A DNA stretch of 64,000 nt from positions 1,152,001-1,216,000 of the forward strand of contig CAWGXH010000004.1 of NCBI GenBank assembly GCA_963826525.1, written 5' to 3'. Of the stretch, positions 44,670-55,203 are shown one piece after another; the first letter of the stretch is position 1, and each line of letters opens with the position of its first letter. The DNA comes from an uncultured Methanomicrobiaceae archaeon. GTDB taxonomy: Archaea; Halobacteriota; Methanomicrobia; Methanomicrobiales; Methanoculleaceae. The translations under genes were made by a program, and so were the position numbers. The notes under the pieces were generated by a model. That model was not told the origin of the DNA and made no database searches. It saw only the letters and a program-made list of their open reading frames with translations.

Positions 44670-45619
44670 TCAGATCTTCGTGATCCTGCTTACTTTTCGT
44701 TCCTCCGCGATATGCTCGTCCCTGCCGAAGGGGTGGCCGCCGAATCCGTGCCGCATCAGCGCGATTGACCGGCGGGTATCGTTGTCCTTCTCCCGGGACT
44801 CGAAGAGCTCCATGATCGCGATCGCCGTGATGGGAATCGGCACCTCCCACTGGATGGCGGTCTCCACAAGCCAGTTCACCTCGCCGGTATCTTCAACGTA
44901 ACTCTCGATGGATTCGATGCTCCGTTCGCCGAGTCCCTGCTCCATCAGCTCGACGAGCCAGCTCCGGATCACCGATCCGTGCGCCCAGTTGTGGAAGATG
45001 GCACGGAGATCGAGGTCGAACTGGCCGCAGCCCCGCATCAGCGAGACGCCTTCGCCGATCGCCTGCAGCATCCCGAACTCGATCCCGTTGTGGACGAGTT
45101 TGACGAAGTGGCCGCTCCCCGGCTTTCCGGTATATACAAGCCCTTCTGCGACGGCGAGTTTTCGAGGACAGGTTTTGCGATCCGGAACCCTTCCTCCGGT
45201 CCGCCGACCATGAAGCATGCTCCGTGCCGGGCGCCCGTGATTCCGCCGCTCGTGCCGCAGTCGAGGAAGTGGATGCCCTTCTCTGCACACTCCTTCTCCC
45301 GTGCCATGGAGTCGAGGTAGAAGGAGTTGCCGCCGTCCATAACGACGTCGCCCCGGTCGAGGTGCGGCAGGAGTCCGGCAAGGACATCATCGACAGGCGG
45401 CCCTGCCGGAACGGAGAGGTAGATCACCCGCGGAGGTCTGAGGAGCGAGGCAAAATCCGGATAACTCCCGGCAAATCGCACCCCTTGCTCTTCGAGTTCG
45501 GGCTTTTCGTGGTGGGCGGTTCCGACCACCACGATTCCCTTCTCTGCCGCCTGCACCGCGAGATTTCCGCCCATCTTGCCGAGCCCGACGATGCCGAGCT
45601 GCATCTGCTCTTCTGCCAT
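44670..45619 (-). CDS. gnd: 6-phosphogluconate dehydrogenase, decarboxylating, short type (frameshift near 45165)
   Basis: GLGKMG, DGGNS, DCGTSGG, GHFVKLVHNGIEFG, SVIRSWL, MRHGFGGH. Confidence 0.88.
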
Positions 45620-45688
45620 CCCGATCCCCAACGGCCCGATACCGGTCAGCGGGGTGATAAACGTAACGGCAGGGGGATCCTGTTCCGG

Positions 45689-47168
45689 CTACCGCTCTTT
45701 CTTCTTCTGGTTCTGGATGGTCGAGAACGGGAACTTGACGAGGTCGCGAAGACCCCCCGCGGGAGAGAAGTTCCGCATATCCCGCCGCACCTCGGATATG
45801 AGTTCGTCGACGATGACATGCTCTTTCGCCTCCCCTTCCTCGCCCACCAGCGCCAGGCGGTGCAGGGAGTAGAGGCCGATGAGGAAGGCAAAGAAGAAGA
45901 AAAAGTCCCACTGCTGAAGGTCGAGGGTGACGAAGGCGATCTCCCTGACCGGGTCTTTCCAGATGAGCGTCCAGATAAGCTCCCGCTCGGCGAAGAAGTC
46001 CACGAACAGTCCGCCGAGGATGGGTGCGATCCCCGCTGCGACCGAGTTTGCGAAGGTGCTCGCGGCGAGGTAACTGGTGGCCTGGCCCTGCGGTGCCATC
46101 TTGAGGCTGATGTTTCCCGATGCCAGCGAGACGCCGGCGAGGGAGATTCCCATGACGATGTGGATCGCGACGATGAGCGGTATCGTCAGGACGTAGACGT
46201 CCGGCAGGGTGGTGAACGTCCAGGCGAGGATAGTGATCATGAAGAGCGGCCCGCTCACCGCGAGGACGGACTTGTTGCTGAACCGGTCGGCAATCCGTCC
46301 CCAGGATCGGAAGAAGACGATGTTCATGATCTGGCTGACGATACCGAGAATGATGACGGTCGAAAGATCGAGCCCGATGCGCTGGAGCATGTACACGGTG
46401 AAGAATGGGGCGGCGAGGTTCACGGCGAAGTTCCAGGATCCGAGGAAGACGATCAGGTTTCTGAAGTTGAGGTCGCGAAACGGCTTTGCGATGATCGAGA
46501 GCAGCCCGACCCCCTCTCCTGCAACGACCATCCGGGGCTCGGGGGTGGCGGCGAGAAAGTAGATGCCGACGATACCGGCGACGAGACCGAGTGCGAAGAG
46601 GATTGAGTAGCCGTACCGTGATCCCCTCCGGGAAGAGGCCGCCCCAGTAGTCGATGAAGAAACCGGCGACGAGGCTGATGACGAGTGCAAGTCCGGTCGA
46701 GAGCGCCATTCTCCGCGAGAAAAACGTCCCGAGCTCTTTCTGCGGGATGAGATCGCGCATCCAGGAATTCCATCCGCAGTGCGAGACCGCCGAGAACGAC
46801 GAGTACAGGACGATGCAGGAGATAAGAGCGATGATCCCCAGCTCCGGAGAGAGGAAGAACGGGATCAGGATGATCGGTACCCAGAAAAGCCGGCCGATGC
46901 CGGATGCGAGGACGACGACGAGCCGCCGGTTCCGCACCCTGTCGACGATGTAGATGGACGGGATCTGCAGGAGTTCTGCGAGCGGTGGAATCGCTGCGAG
47001 AAGCCCGATGACCGTATTCGGCGCCCCGAGCTCGAGAGCAAAGGCTACGAGAAAGATACCGCCGGTCAGCGTCACCATGGCCTGCGTGGCAATGCCGTCG
47101 CGGGTGACCCATTTAAGGCCGCGCTGAATATCGTCGTCTGTGAGGGTCTCTTTCGTCTCGAGTACCAT
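45689..47168 (-). CDS. MFS transporter (frameshift near 46620)
   Basis: Multi-TM; WNSWMRDLIP..G.FFSRR, PFRD.NFR, WGRIADRFSNK. Confidence 0.8.
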
Positions 47169-47458
47169 GCTTCCACCTGCTCGCCGGGGTGCCCGCTGCC
47201 TCCTGTCCGCTCGCATGCCTATCCGAACGACCATCTGCGCCGATCCGGGCTGAATGCTTCGCGTTTTGGGTCTCCCCCGGTATCGGGGTGAGCGGAGCGA
47301 GTGTCCTTTGTATAAAAATCACATTATATTAATCTGCCCCAGCCCACACTCGCTATTTTTGATGAGTTTATGCAAATATAGGCTCATTATCTGGTTATCT
47401 GATCCGGCGGTACCCGGAGAGGCGCAGGGAGACTGAGACGGCCACCCTGCTCCCGCGT

Positions 47459-48271
47459 TTACCCCTGTGACGACCATGCCGTCCGGAAGTCGGGGTAGAG
47501 CGTCAGGCCGCCGCATGCGTAGATTGTCTGTCCGGTGACGTAGGAGGAATCGTCGGATGCGAGGAAGGCGAATACCGCAGCAATCTCCTCCGGGGTGCCC
47601 GCGCGGCCTACCGGAATATGGCTCTCCACGAGCGCTCTTTTCTCCGGGGCGTCGAGCCACGCCCTGTTTATCGGCGTCTCGATCGCCCCGGGCCCGACGG
47701 CGTTGACGCGGATTCCCCGTGAAGCGTACTCGAGTGCGAGCGTCCGGGTGAGGTTTCCCACTCCTGCCTTGCTGATGGCGTAAGAGGTATAATGTGGCTT
47801 TGGGATGATCTGATGGACGGAAGAGTTGTTGATGATGATGCCGCCGCCGCCTCGTGCAAGGAAGTGCCTGATCGCTTCCCGTGCGCAGAGGAACGCACCG
47901 TGAAGGTTGACGCCGAGGACGCTGTCGTAGTCGGCAACCGTCACCTCCTCGGTCGGCCCGGCCTTCTGGATTCCCGCGTTGTTCACCAGGATATCGATCC
48001 TGCCCCACGCATCGATGACGTCGCCGAACATTCCTACAATCTCTGCCTCATCGGCTACGTCGGCTTTGACCACCATCTCTTTGCACCCCTGCTCCCGGAT
48101 CTTCCTGCAGGCTTCGTGAACCTCGTCTTCGGTGATCTCCGCTTTTTCTCTGCCCGAATGGTAGTTGATGGCGACGTTCGCCCCTTCCTCTGAGAAGCGG
48201 ATGGCAATTGCCCGACCGATACCGGTTGAGCCGCCCGTTATCAGTGCATACTTCCCTTCGAGTCTCCTCAT
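47459..48271 (-). CDS. Glucose 1-dehydrogenase-like SDR
   Basis: TGGSTGIG, NNAG, SSVHQIIPKP, YAISKAG, LALEYA..GIRVN, GGLTLYP (Gdh-like C-terminus). Confidence 0.8.
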   Translation of the reverse strand: MRRLEGKYALITGGSTGIGRAIAIRFSEEGANVAINYHSGREKAEITEDEVHEACRKIREQGCKEMVVKADVADEAEIVGMFGDVIDAWGRIDILVNNAGIQKAGPTEEVTVADYDSVLGVNLHGAFLCAREAIRHFLARGGGGIIINNSSVHQIIPKPHYTSYAISKAGVGNLTRTLALEYASRGIRVNAVGPGAIETPINRAWLDAPEKRALVESHIPVGRAGTPEEIAAVFAFLASDDSSYVTGQTIYACGGLTLYPDFRTAWSSQG

Positions 48272-48388
48272 GGCCGTTACTCCCCGGGCGGCTGTGTGGC
48301 TTTCAGCTGACTTATGTATATCCCCCGGAGCTCGCCGCGCGATACGGGTCGTCAACAAAAAGAGATCCGATCTATTCGGGACTGCCGC

Positions 48389-48745
48389 TCACCGTTTCCC
48401 GAGCTCCTGATCGAGTGCCTGCAGATCGCCCCCTGCCGCACGGGTCTTTCCAAGGACGCTCTCTGCCGACTCTTCTTCCTCGACCTGCTCTTTGACGAAC
48501 CAGCGGAGCACCTCCTGTGCCTCACGGTCGTTCTCCTCCTCGGCAATCCGCACCAGGTTGTTGATGAGCCCGGTCACCCGCTGCTCGTGTTTGTACGTCT
48601 CGTCGAAGACCTTCTCGGGCGTTGCCCAGTCGGATGGGGGGGCGTCGATCGGGAGCAGCCGGATGCGATACTCCCGCGAGGCGAGATGGTCGAAGATCTT
48701 CATCGCATGCAAGGTCTCCTCCTCCGTTGCGACCTCCGGGAGGCG
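48389..48745 (-). pseudogene. Ferritin lacking its N-terminal helix
   Basis: EEETLHAMK, HEQRVT..IN, WFVKEQVEEE, LDQELGKR; roughly the first 45 aa are absent. Confidence 0.7.
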
Positions 48746-48746
48746 G

Positions 48747-49626
48747 TCAGCGATACTCCTCGAGGAGGGCGCGGATCGCCTCCTCTCGCGGACGTTTGCG
48801 CTCCTCGGGATGCCGGAACTTCTCAGCGAAGATGGGCATCTTCCGGTCGTAGAACGTCCCGAGGGGGATGCGGGTCTTTGAGGTGTAGTCCCACTCGCGA
48901 GCCTTTGCGAGCGCCTGATCGAAATCCGCCGTCTCGACTCCCTCGAGTTCGTAGACCTGGTCGTTGTAGCAGTCCGTTCGGTTGAAGTAGGTCGCGCAGA
49001 TCTGCAGCACCTCCACGAACGAGAAGCCTTCGTGCAGGATTGCGTCCTTGAACGTCTGCTTTAAGGCTTTGAGCCTCTTGGTGTATCCCCGGGATACGAA
49101 CGTCGCTCCGCTCACCAGCATCAGTTCGAGGGGGTTTAATGGGCGTTCCGCAATCCCGTCCGGCGTGGAGCGACCCTTGAAGCCGTACGGCGACGTCGGC
49201 GTGTACTGGCCGGTGGTCAGGCCGTAGACGCGGTTGTCGTGGACGATAACCGTGATATCCGCATTCCGTTTCGCCGCAAAGACGAGGTGGTCGAGTCCCT
49301 CTGCATAGGTATCGCCGTCACCCACGAAGCAGATCACGTGAAAGATCCGGGTTTGCGAGTTTGATCCCGGTTGCAAGCGGGATCGCACGCCCGTGGATGG
49401 CGTAGAAACTGTTGACGTTTAAGTAATCGATCAGTTTGCCGTGGCATCCGATTCCCCCGACGATGACGAATTTTTCAAGGGGAATCCCCTCCGACTCCGA
49501 GAGTTCCGCGAGAGCGGACTTCATCATATGCTCGATCGAGAAGTTCCCGCACCCCGGACACCAGGTATTCTCTGCAGGGCTGATGAGATCGCCTGCGGGC
49601 TTCCCTGCCGGTTTTCCGTTGCTCAT
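48747..49626 (-). CDS. 2-oxoacid:ferredoxin oxidoreductase beta subunit (frameshift near 49345)
   Basis: WCPGCGN, GIGCHG, HGRA, GDGD..EG, DNRVYGLTTGQ. Confidence 0.9.
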
Positions 49627-51283
49627 CCGATCACCTCCGCTAGTCTCCTCTCCAGTTCATCGACCGAGAACGGCCTCCCGTCGTACTTCAGCACGAGGTC
49701 GTCGACCGGAAATCCGTTCTGCCGGAGCAGCCGTGCGAGCTGCCCGGTGGCGTTATTCTCGACTGCGATAACCCGGTGCACCCCGAGCATCGCCTCACGC
49801 CACTGCCGGACGGGGAAGGGTGCGAAGATGAGCGGCCGGACGACCTTTGCCCCGAACCGTGCCGCCGCCTCGATACAGGCCGCCTTCTCCGAGCCCCAGC
49901 AGACGATCGCGACTCCCGCGTCGGGAACTCCTGCCGTTCTCGACACCCCGGAACGTCTCGAGTTCGCGGGCAAGACCTTCTGCCTTCCGGAGCGTCTTCT
50001 CCTGCATGCCGGCGACCATCGCCGCCTCCTCCGTGGTGAACCCCGCCTCGTCGTGGGCGTAACTGCTCGTCTTGATCGGGGCTATCGCTCTCCGGCGGGA
50101 ACGCGAGCGGCGAGATACCGTTTTCCGTATTCTCATACCGCCGGTAGGGATTCTTCCCGTCCGCGAGCACCGGCGCAATCTCCGGGATCGTCCCGCTCGC
50201 ATCGATCTCGAAGGTGTACGCCCCCTCCGCGAGTGTCTTATCGGTGAGGACGATCGAGGGTATCTGGTACTTCCAGGAGAGTCCGAGAGCGACGGCCGAC
50301 CAGTAGTACATCTCTTCGAGGTCTCCCGGAACGACGACGAAGCGGGGAAACTCTCCCTGGCCGGCATTCAGGGCGAAGTGGAGATCCCCCTGGGCGGTAT
50401 ACGTCGGAACGCCGGTGCTCGGGCCCGGGCGTTGCCCGAGGACGATCGTTACCGGCGTCTCGGACATCCCCGCAAGGCTCAGCCCCTCGGTCATGAGGCA
50501 GAACCCGCCTCCCGAGGTGCTCACCGCCGTCTTATCCCCCGCGTACGCAAGCCCGAGCGCCATCAGCATCACCCCGATCTCGTTCTCGGGGTGGATGACC
50601 TTCACCGAGAGGTCGCGGGCATGCTCGGCAAGAAAATGGAGGAGGTTCGAGGTGGGCGTCATCGGGTAGGCGACGAAGGTGTCGAGGCCGCCCCTGACGA
50701 GCCCGAGACCGGCCACCTGGTTACCGGTGAGTACCGGGAGGGTCGGGCGGTTCAACGGTTCGATCCGGATCACCTCGGGAGCGGCGTCGTATCCGCGGCG
50801 GGCGACCCGCAGATTGACGTCCAGGTACTTCTCCGGGATGGTCTTGCCAAAGACATCTGTCAGGATCTCCCAGGCGATCCCGGAAGCCTTGCAGAATCCT
50901 CCGATGAGGATGGAATTTTTGGTGATCTGCGGGGCGTTCTCTTCTTTCAGGATCCGATCGACGTCGAGCGGGTGTCCGGTTGCGTGCACCACCTGGTACG
51001 AATCGTAGATGACTATCGTATCGTCGCGGATCGCTTCCGTATGGCGGTCGATGCAGTTCTGATCGAGTGCCAGCAGGATATCGAAGGTGTCTCTGGTGGC
51101 ACCGATCTTCTCTTCCGCCGCCCGGATTACCGCAAAATTATGCCCGCCCCGTATCAGGGAGGGATAGTCGAAGTACATGTACACCCGGTACCCGAGGTGG
51201 TTGAGGAGGCTCGCTATCGTCAGTCCGGCCGTGTTGATTCCCTCCCCGGCTTTTCCGCCGATCATGACGCTACATTCACGCAT
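49623..51283 (-). CDS. 2-oxoacid:ferredoxin oxidoreductase alpha (gamma-alpha) subunit (frameshifts near 49930-50100)
   Basis: GGKAGEG, IRGGHNF, AYPMTP, TSGGGF.LM.E, RPGPSTG.PT...QGDL, ENNATGQL, YDGRPF. Confidence 0.9.
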
Positions 51284-51399
51284 GCTGATCGCGGGGCGTA
51301 CGCGGGCATCAATAATATAGTTACCCGATTGCCTGCAGGGAATACGGATTCTTCCCGGACGAGAACTCCCGGGATGCGGGAGAAAAATGGTGGGGGCTT

Positions 51400-52155
51400 T
51401 TAGCGCACGATGGGTGATGCGTTCTCGTCGAAGGGGTTCGACCGCATTGCGAGTGAGAAGAGGTACGGGTAGTTCTTCTGCATATGGTGCATATAGGCGA
51501 GCCACTGGCGCACGAGCAGCGCGTAGACTCTCTGGATATCCCCGGTGAGGTGGCGGATGTCGCTCTCCGGCAGTGCGGAAAGATCGCCTCTTCGCTCGAG
51601 CTCCTCGGTGAGGTGGAAGACGGCACGCAAAAGTTCGGTGAAGGACTCGTGTTCAAGGAGCACGGGATTTTCAAGGAGCCTAAGGAGAAAACCTCGCCGC
51701 TCCAGCAGATAGGTGCGGAGAGCCGAAAGATCGATATCTCCGACAGTAACGTCGTAGGGATACCGGAGGAGCCGGTCGTGAACGTGGGTGAACTCGTCGT
51801 CGGTCCAGTCTCCCCTGACGATGAGATCGCTCTTGATGCTGTCGAGATTCGGGTCGCGGTCGGAGAGGTATGCGAGGAGTCCTGCCCCTACTTCGGAGAA
51901 GAACGTCCCGATGACCATATTCAGCTTCTCGAGGCGCTCACGTTTCGCGCGGACACTTAAGAGCTGGTTCAGTATCAGCGTCACCAGAAGGATATTGATC
52001 GGCAGAAATCCGATTGCGTTAAATATGTACTGGTAGGTATTCAGCTCATCTCCGAGGAGGAGATACTTGGTCAGGTAGATCAGAAGGGAGATCGCGACGA
52101 GGGCGATCCCGAGGCGGGTCTCCCACTTCTGCAGTATGTTCATATGCACCATCAT
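51400..52155 (-). CDS. Hypothetical membrane protein
   Basis: Two N-terminal TMs; KLNMVIGTFFSEVG, LLENP.LLEHESFT, YPYLFSLA.R.NPF. Confidence 0.75.
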   Translation of the reverse strand: MMVHMNILQKWETRLGIALVAISLLIYLTKYLLLGDELNTYQYIFNAIGFLPINILLVTLILNQLLSVRAKRERLEKLNMVIGTFFSEVGAGLLAYLSDRDPNLDSIKSDLIVRGDWTDDEFTHVHDRLLRYPYDVTVGDIDLSALRTYLLERRGFLLRLLENPVLLEHESFTELLRAVFHLTEELERRGDLSALPESDIRHLTGDIQRVYALLVRQWLAYMHHMQKNYPYLFSLAMRSNPFDENASPIVR

Positions 52156-52292
52156 CTTCGGATCAGTGTGGGAGGAGGCGAGGGAAAAGGGTAGCGCTTC
52201 CTGCCGCCGTTTCGTGAAGCAGGGTGGGGTGTCCCCCCGTTCGGAGAAAAAATAGTGGGGCGGCGGTTCTGCCGCAGAGGATCGCTCCGGGG

Positions 52293-53420
52293 CTATGTGG
52301 CCATTCTTCCCGCACTGATCTCCTGCTGCCGGAGTTCCCGCTCTTCTGCCATCTGCTCTGCAACCCATGCACCCAGGTCGGCAAGCCCTTCCGCGAGCGG
52401 GATCTGCGGCTCGTATCCGAGAACCTCCCGTGCCCGTCCGATATCGGCAAAGCAGTGCCTGACCTCCCCGATCCGGTGTGTACCGGTCTCTTCCGGGCGG
52501 AGGTGGGCTTTTCCCATGAGCAGAGCCATGGTGGTCGCGACGCTCCGGAACGTGTACGGCCGCCCGTTTCCTATGTTGAAGGTCATGCCTGCGGCCTTCG
52601 GCACCTCGAGAGCGAGGCGGAATGCACGTGCGACATCGTAGACGCTCACGAAGTCGCGCTGCTGCTGCCCGTCTTCAAAGAGCAGCGGAGGCTCTTCTAA
52701 GAGGAGCCGGGCGGCATAGTCGGTCAGGGCACCCGTATACGGGTTTGCATGCCCCTGCCAGGGGCCGTAGACGTTGAAGAGACGCAGCGCTACCGTCGGA
52801 ATGCCGTACGTGCCCCCTATCATCATGCACATCCGCTCCTGATTGTACTTCGAAAGGGCATATATGGACTTCGGGGATGGCTCCTTTCCCTCCGGTGTCG
52901 GGAGCGGATAGAGCACCTCTCCGTCCGGGCTCCGGGGTTCGAAGTCGCCCTTCGCCAACCGGTCGGGCCTTCTCTCGATGGTCGTATAGACCGATCCGTT
53001 GAACGACCCGTACAGCCCCTCCCCGTAGATGCTGCTGCTCGAGGCGACGATAAGCCGCCCGACCGGCTGCTTGATGAGCTCTTCGAGCAGCACGGCCGTG
53101 CCGATATCGTTCGTGCTCATGTACCTCTCGATGGTGTACATGCTCTGGCGTGTGCTGACGGAAGCGGCAAGGTGAATGACGGCGTCGACCCCTTCCAGCG
53201 CCTCCTGCACCGTATGGGCGTCCCGGATATCCCCGACCATCAGTTCCGCTCTCGGGTCGAGGTGTTTAGGGAGCCTCCGGTCTGCCCCATGCACCCTCGG
53301 CGAGAGATTATCCAGAATCCGGACGTCGTATCCGTGTCTGAAGAGCTCCTCGGTAAGATGCGAACCGATAAATCCAGCCCCCCCGGTGATCAGAATGGTG
53401 GTATTTGTGTTATCACTCAT
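52293..53420 (-). CDS. NAD-dependent nucleotide-sugar epimerase/dehydratase
   Basis: TGGAGFIGSH, HLAA, YALSK, LRLFNVYGP, RDFV.V.DVA. Confidence 0.9.
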   Translation of the reverse strand: MSDNTNTTILITGGAGFIGSHLTEELFRHGYDVRILDNLSPRVHGADRRLPKHLDPRAELMVGDIRDAHTVQEALEGVDAVIHLAASVSTRQSMYTIERYMSTNDIGTAVLLEELIKQPVGRLIVASSSSIYGEGLYGSFNGSVYTTIERRPDRLAKGDFEPRSPDGEVLYPLPTPEGKEPSPKSIYALSKYNQERMCMMIGGTYGIPTVALRLFNVYGPWQGHANPYTGALTDYAARLLLEEPPLLFEDGQQQRDFVSVYDVARAFRLALEVPKAAGMTFNIGNGRPYTFRSVATTMALLMGKAHLRPEETGTHRIGEVRHCFADIGRAREVLGYEPQIPLAEGLADLGAWVAEQMAEERELRQQEISAGRMAT

Positions 53421-53740
53421 GGCGATCAGACACTCATCATACCCTCTCTGCATTAAATATTATCGTCAAAATTGAATAAATAGGTAGGGATTATTCTATG
53501 CCCGTCCGGAAATCCCAAGGCGGTTTCTTTGATCGATTGGCTGATCGACTCCGGCTATATGGGTGTCTGGCTGGGGGCGCTGCCGGGGATCACGGGTTAC
53601 CGCTGCTAGAGGCTCACCCCTGTCGTGAACCGCTTCAGCCCGGGCCTCTCGGACATATAGTATCTTTACGGAGCCCCGTACCTGCAGAGCCGGCCTCTGG
53701 GATGCGAAACTCTCAAATCACTCGCTGACAAGGATGGTTT

Positions 53741-54211
53741 ATGAGAATGAAGCTTTTGTTTTCGGTTATGGCGGTGCTGGTCGCTCTGGCTCTGACCGCA
53801 GCATGCACCGGAACACCTGATAACGGCACGGCATCACCGACGCCGACACCGACTCAGACGGCAGAGGGAACACCTGCGACTGCCCAGACGGTTGTGCCTC
53901 TCGCCACCCAGCCGACCGAAGTGCCGCCGGTAAATCTCGGGGGGGTGGACATCCAGGCGCAGAAAGATCCGGTTTCAAACGAGATCGCCGTCATCTTCCG
54001 CGGTGGCAAGGGTCAGTCCTGGACGCAGGATATCAATGTCACCGTCGTCCGTTCGGACGGCACCATCGTCAACAACTACGATATGGTACCGCGGATCGGA
54101 AGTGAGGTGGATATCGCGGGAACGCGTGGGGACGATCGAGTGATCGTGACCGTCACCCTGAGCACGGGCGGCAGTTACCGGGTTTACGATACCATCCTCC
54201 GGGGGCGCTGA
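53741..54211 (+). CDS. Hypothetical lipoprotein
   Basis: LTAAC lipobox, PT-rich linker, beta-rich domain FRGGKG. Confidence 0.75.
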   Translation: MRMKLLFSVMAVLVALALTAACTGTPDNGTASPTPTPTQTAEGTPATAQTVVPLATQPTEVPPVNLGGVDIQAQKDPVSNEIAVIFRGGKGQSWTQDINVTVVRSDGTIVNNYDMVPRIGSEVDIAGTRGDDRVIVTVTLSTGGSYRVYDTILRGR

Positions 54212-54300
54212 ACCGAAAGGACGGCAGGGCAGCCACCGGGGGCATAGGCATACCCTGCCCTTTCCTTTCCGGGATACCGTAGCAGCACTCTTTTGGCACC

Positions 54301-54984
54301 TCACGGCTCTTTCCTGACATCCCATCTGACAAGGAGACCGTCGTCCACCGGTTCGGCGTCCCGCAGGCGTAACCTGATGAAATCAGCCTCGTTTAAGAAT
54401 CCCTGTCCATCCGCAGGAGTCGGGGCATCCTTTCCGCCGATGATCATGCTCCCGATGTACGTATACATCTCGTCGACAAGGCCCTGACTGATGAGCGACC
54501 AGATCAGCGTGCCGCCCCCTTCCACCATCAGGCGGCGGACGCCGTACTGGTAGAGGATATCGAGAAGTTTCTCAAGGTCTACCGTCGTCTTCCCCGCGAC
54601 CACGACCGTCCCCGACTTCATGAGGTTCTCGACCCTCTCCCGTGGAGCGCTCTCGGCGACGGCGATGATCCGTCTTCCGGTTCCCTTCCGGAGAATGTCG
54701 GCATCGGGAGGGGTTCTGGCATGGCTGTCGACGACCACCCGGATTGGGTCTTCATCTCTCCCCCCTTCGCGGCGCACCGCTCGAAGATCCGGACTCTTCA
54801 CCGTCAGCGAGGGATTGTCGGCAAGAACCGTCCCGATGCCGACCATGACGCAATCGCTCTCCGCCTTGATACGGTCGACCCGTACAAAGTCATTTGTTCC
54901 GGAGATCCTAACCTGCCTCCGTTCTTTCGTGGATATCTTTCCATCGGCACTCATCGCGACGTTGACAAAGACACGTGGACGCAT
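54301..54984 (-). CDS. 2,5-diamino-6-ribosylamino-4(3H)-pyrimidinone 5'-phosphate reductase (archaeal riboflavin/F420 pathway)
   Basis: AMSADGKI, VMVGIGTVLADNP.LTV, LMVEGGG, IIGGKDAPT. Confidence 0.9.
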   Translation of the reverse strand: MRPRVFVNVAMSADGKISTKERRQVRISGTNDFVRVDRIKAESDCVMVGIGTVLADNPSLTVKSPDLRAVRREGGRDEDPIRVVVDSHARTPPDADILRKGTGRRIIAVAESAPRERVENLMKSGTVVVAGKTTVDLEKLLDILYQYGVRRLMVEGGGTLIWSLISQGLVDEMYTYIGSMIIGGKDAPTPADGQGFLNEADFIRLRLRDAEPVDDGLLVRWDVRKEP

Positions 54985-55203
54985 ATGCTCACAGTATTAC
55001 ACCCCCTGCACCATATTATCCTCGCTGTTCGTGTCTCGTCCCTGCTATCTCCGGGTAGTGCTGAATGATCAGGCCATCTGGATGGCCCTTCTCTTCAATA
55101 TCTTCATTACGCTTTCCCTTTTCGTTGATTAATGCGATCTGTGCGATTTAAAAGTACGAATGGTATAAATATCACTACTTGAATACTCTACCTCACTGGT
55201 ACG

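Noticed and set aside
47359-47402. Possible C/D box sRNA (TGATGA...CTGA)
   Set aside because: Too short, with no convincing internal D'/C' boxes; more likely part of the MFS gene promoter
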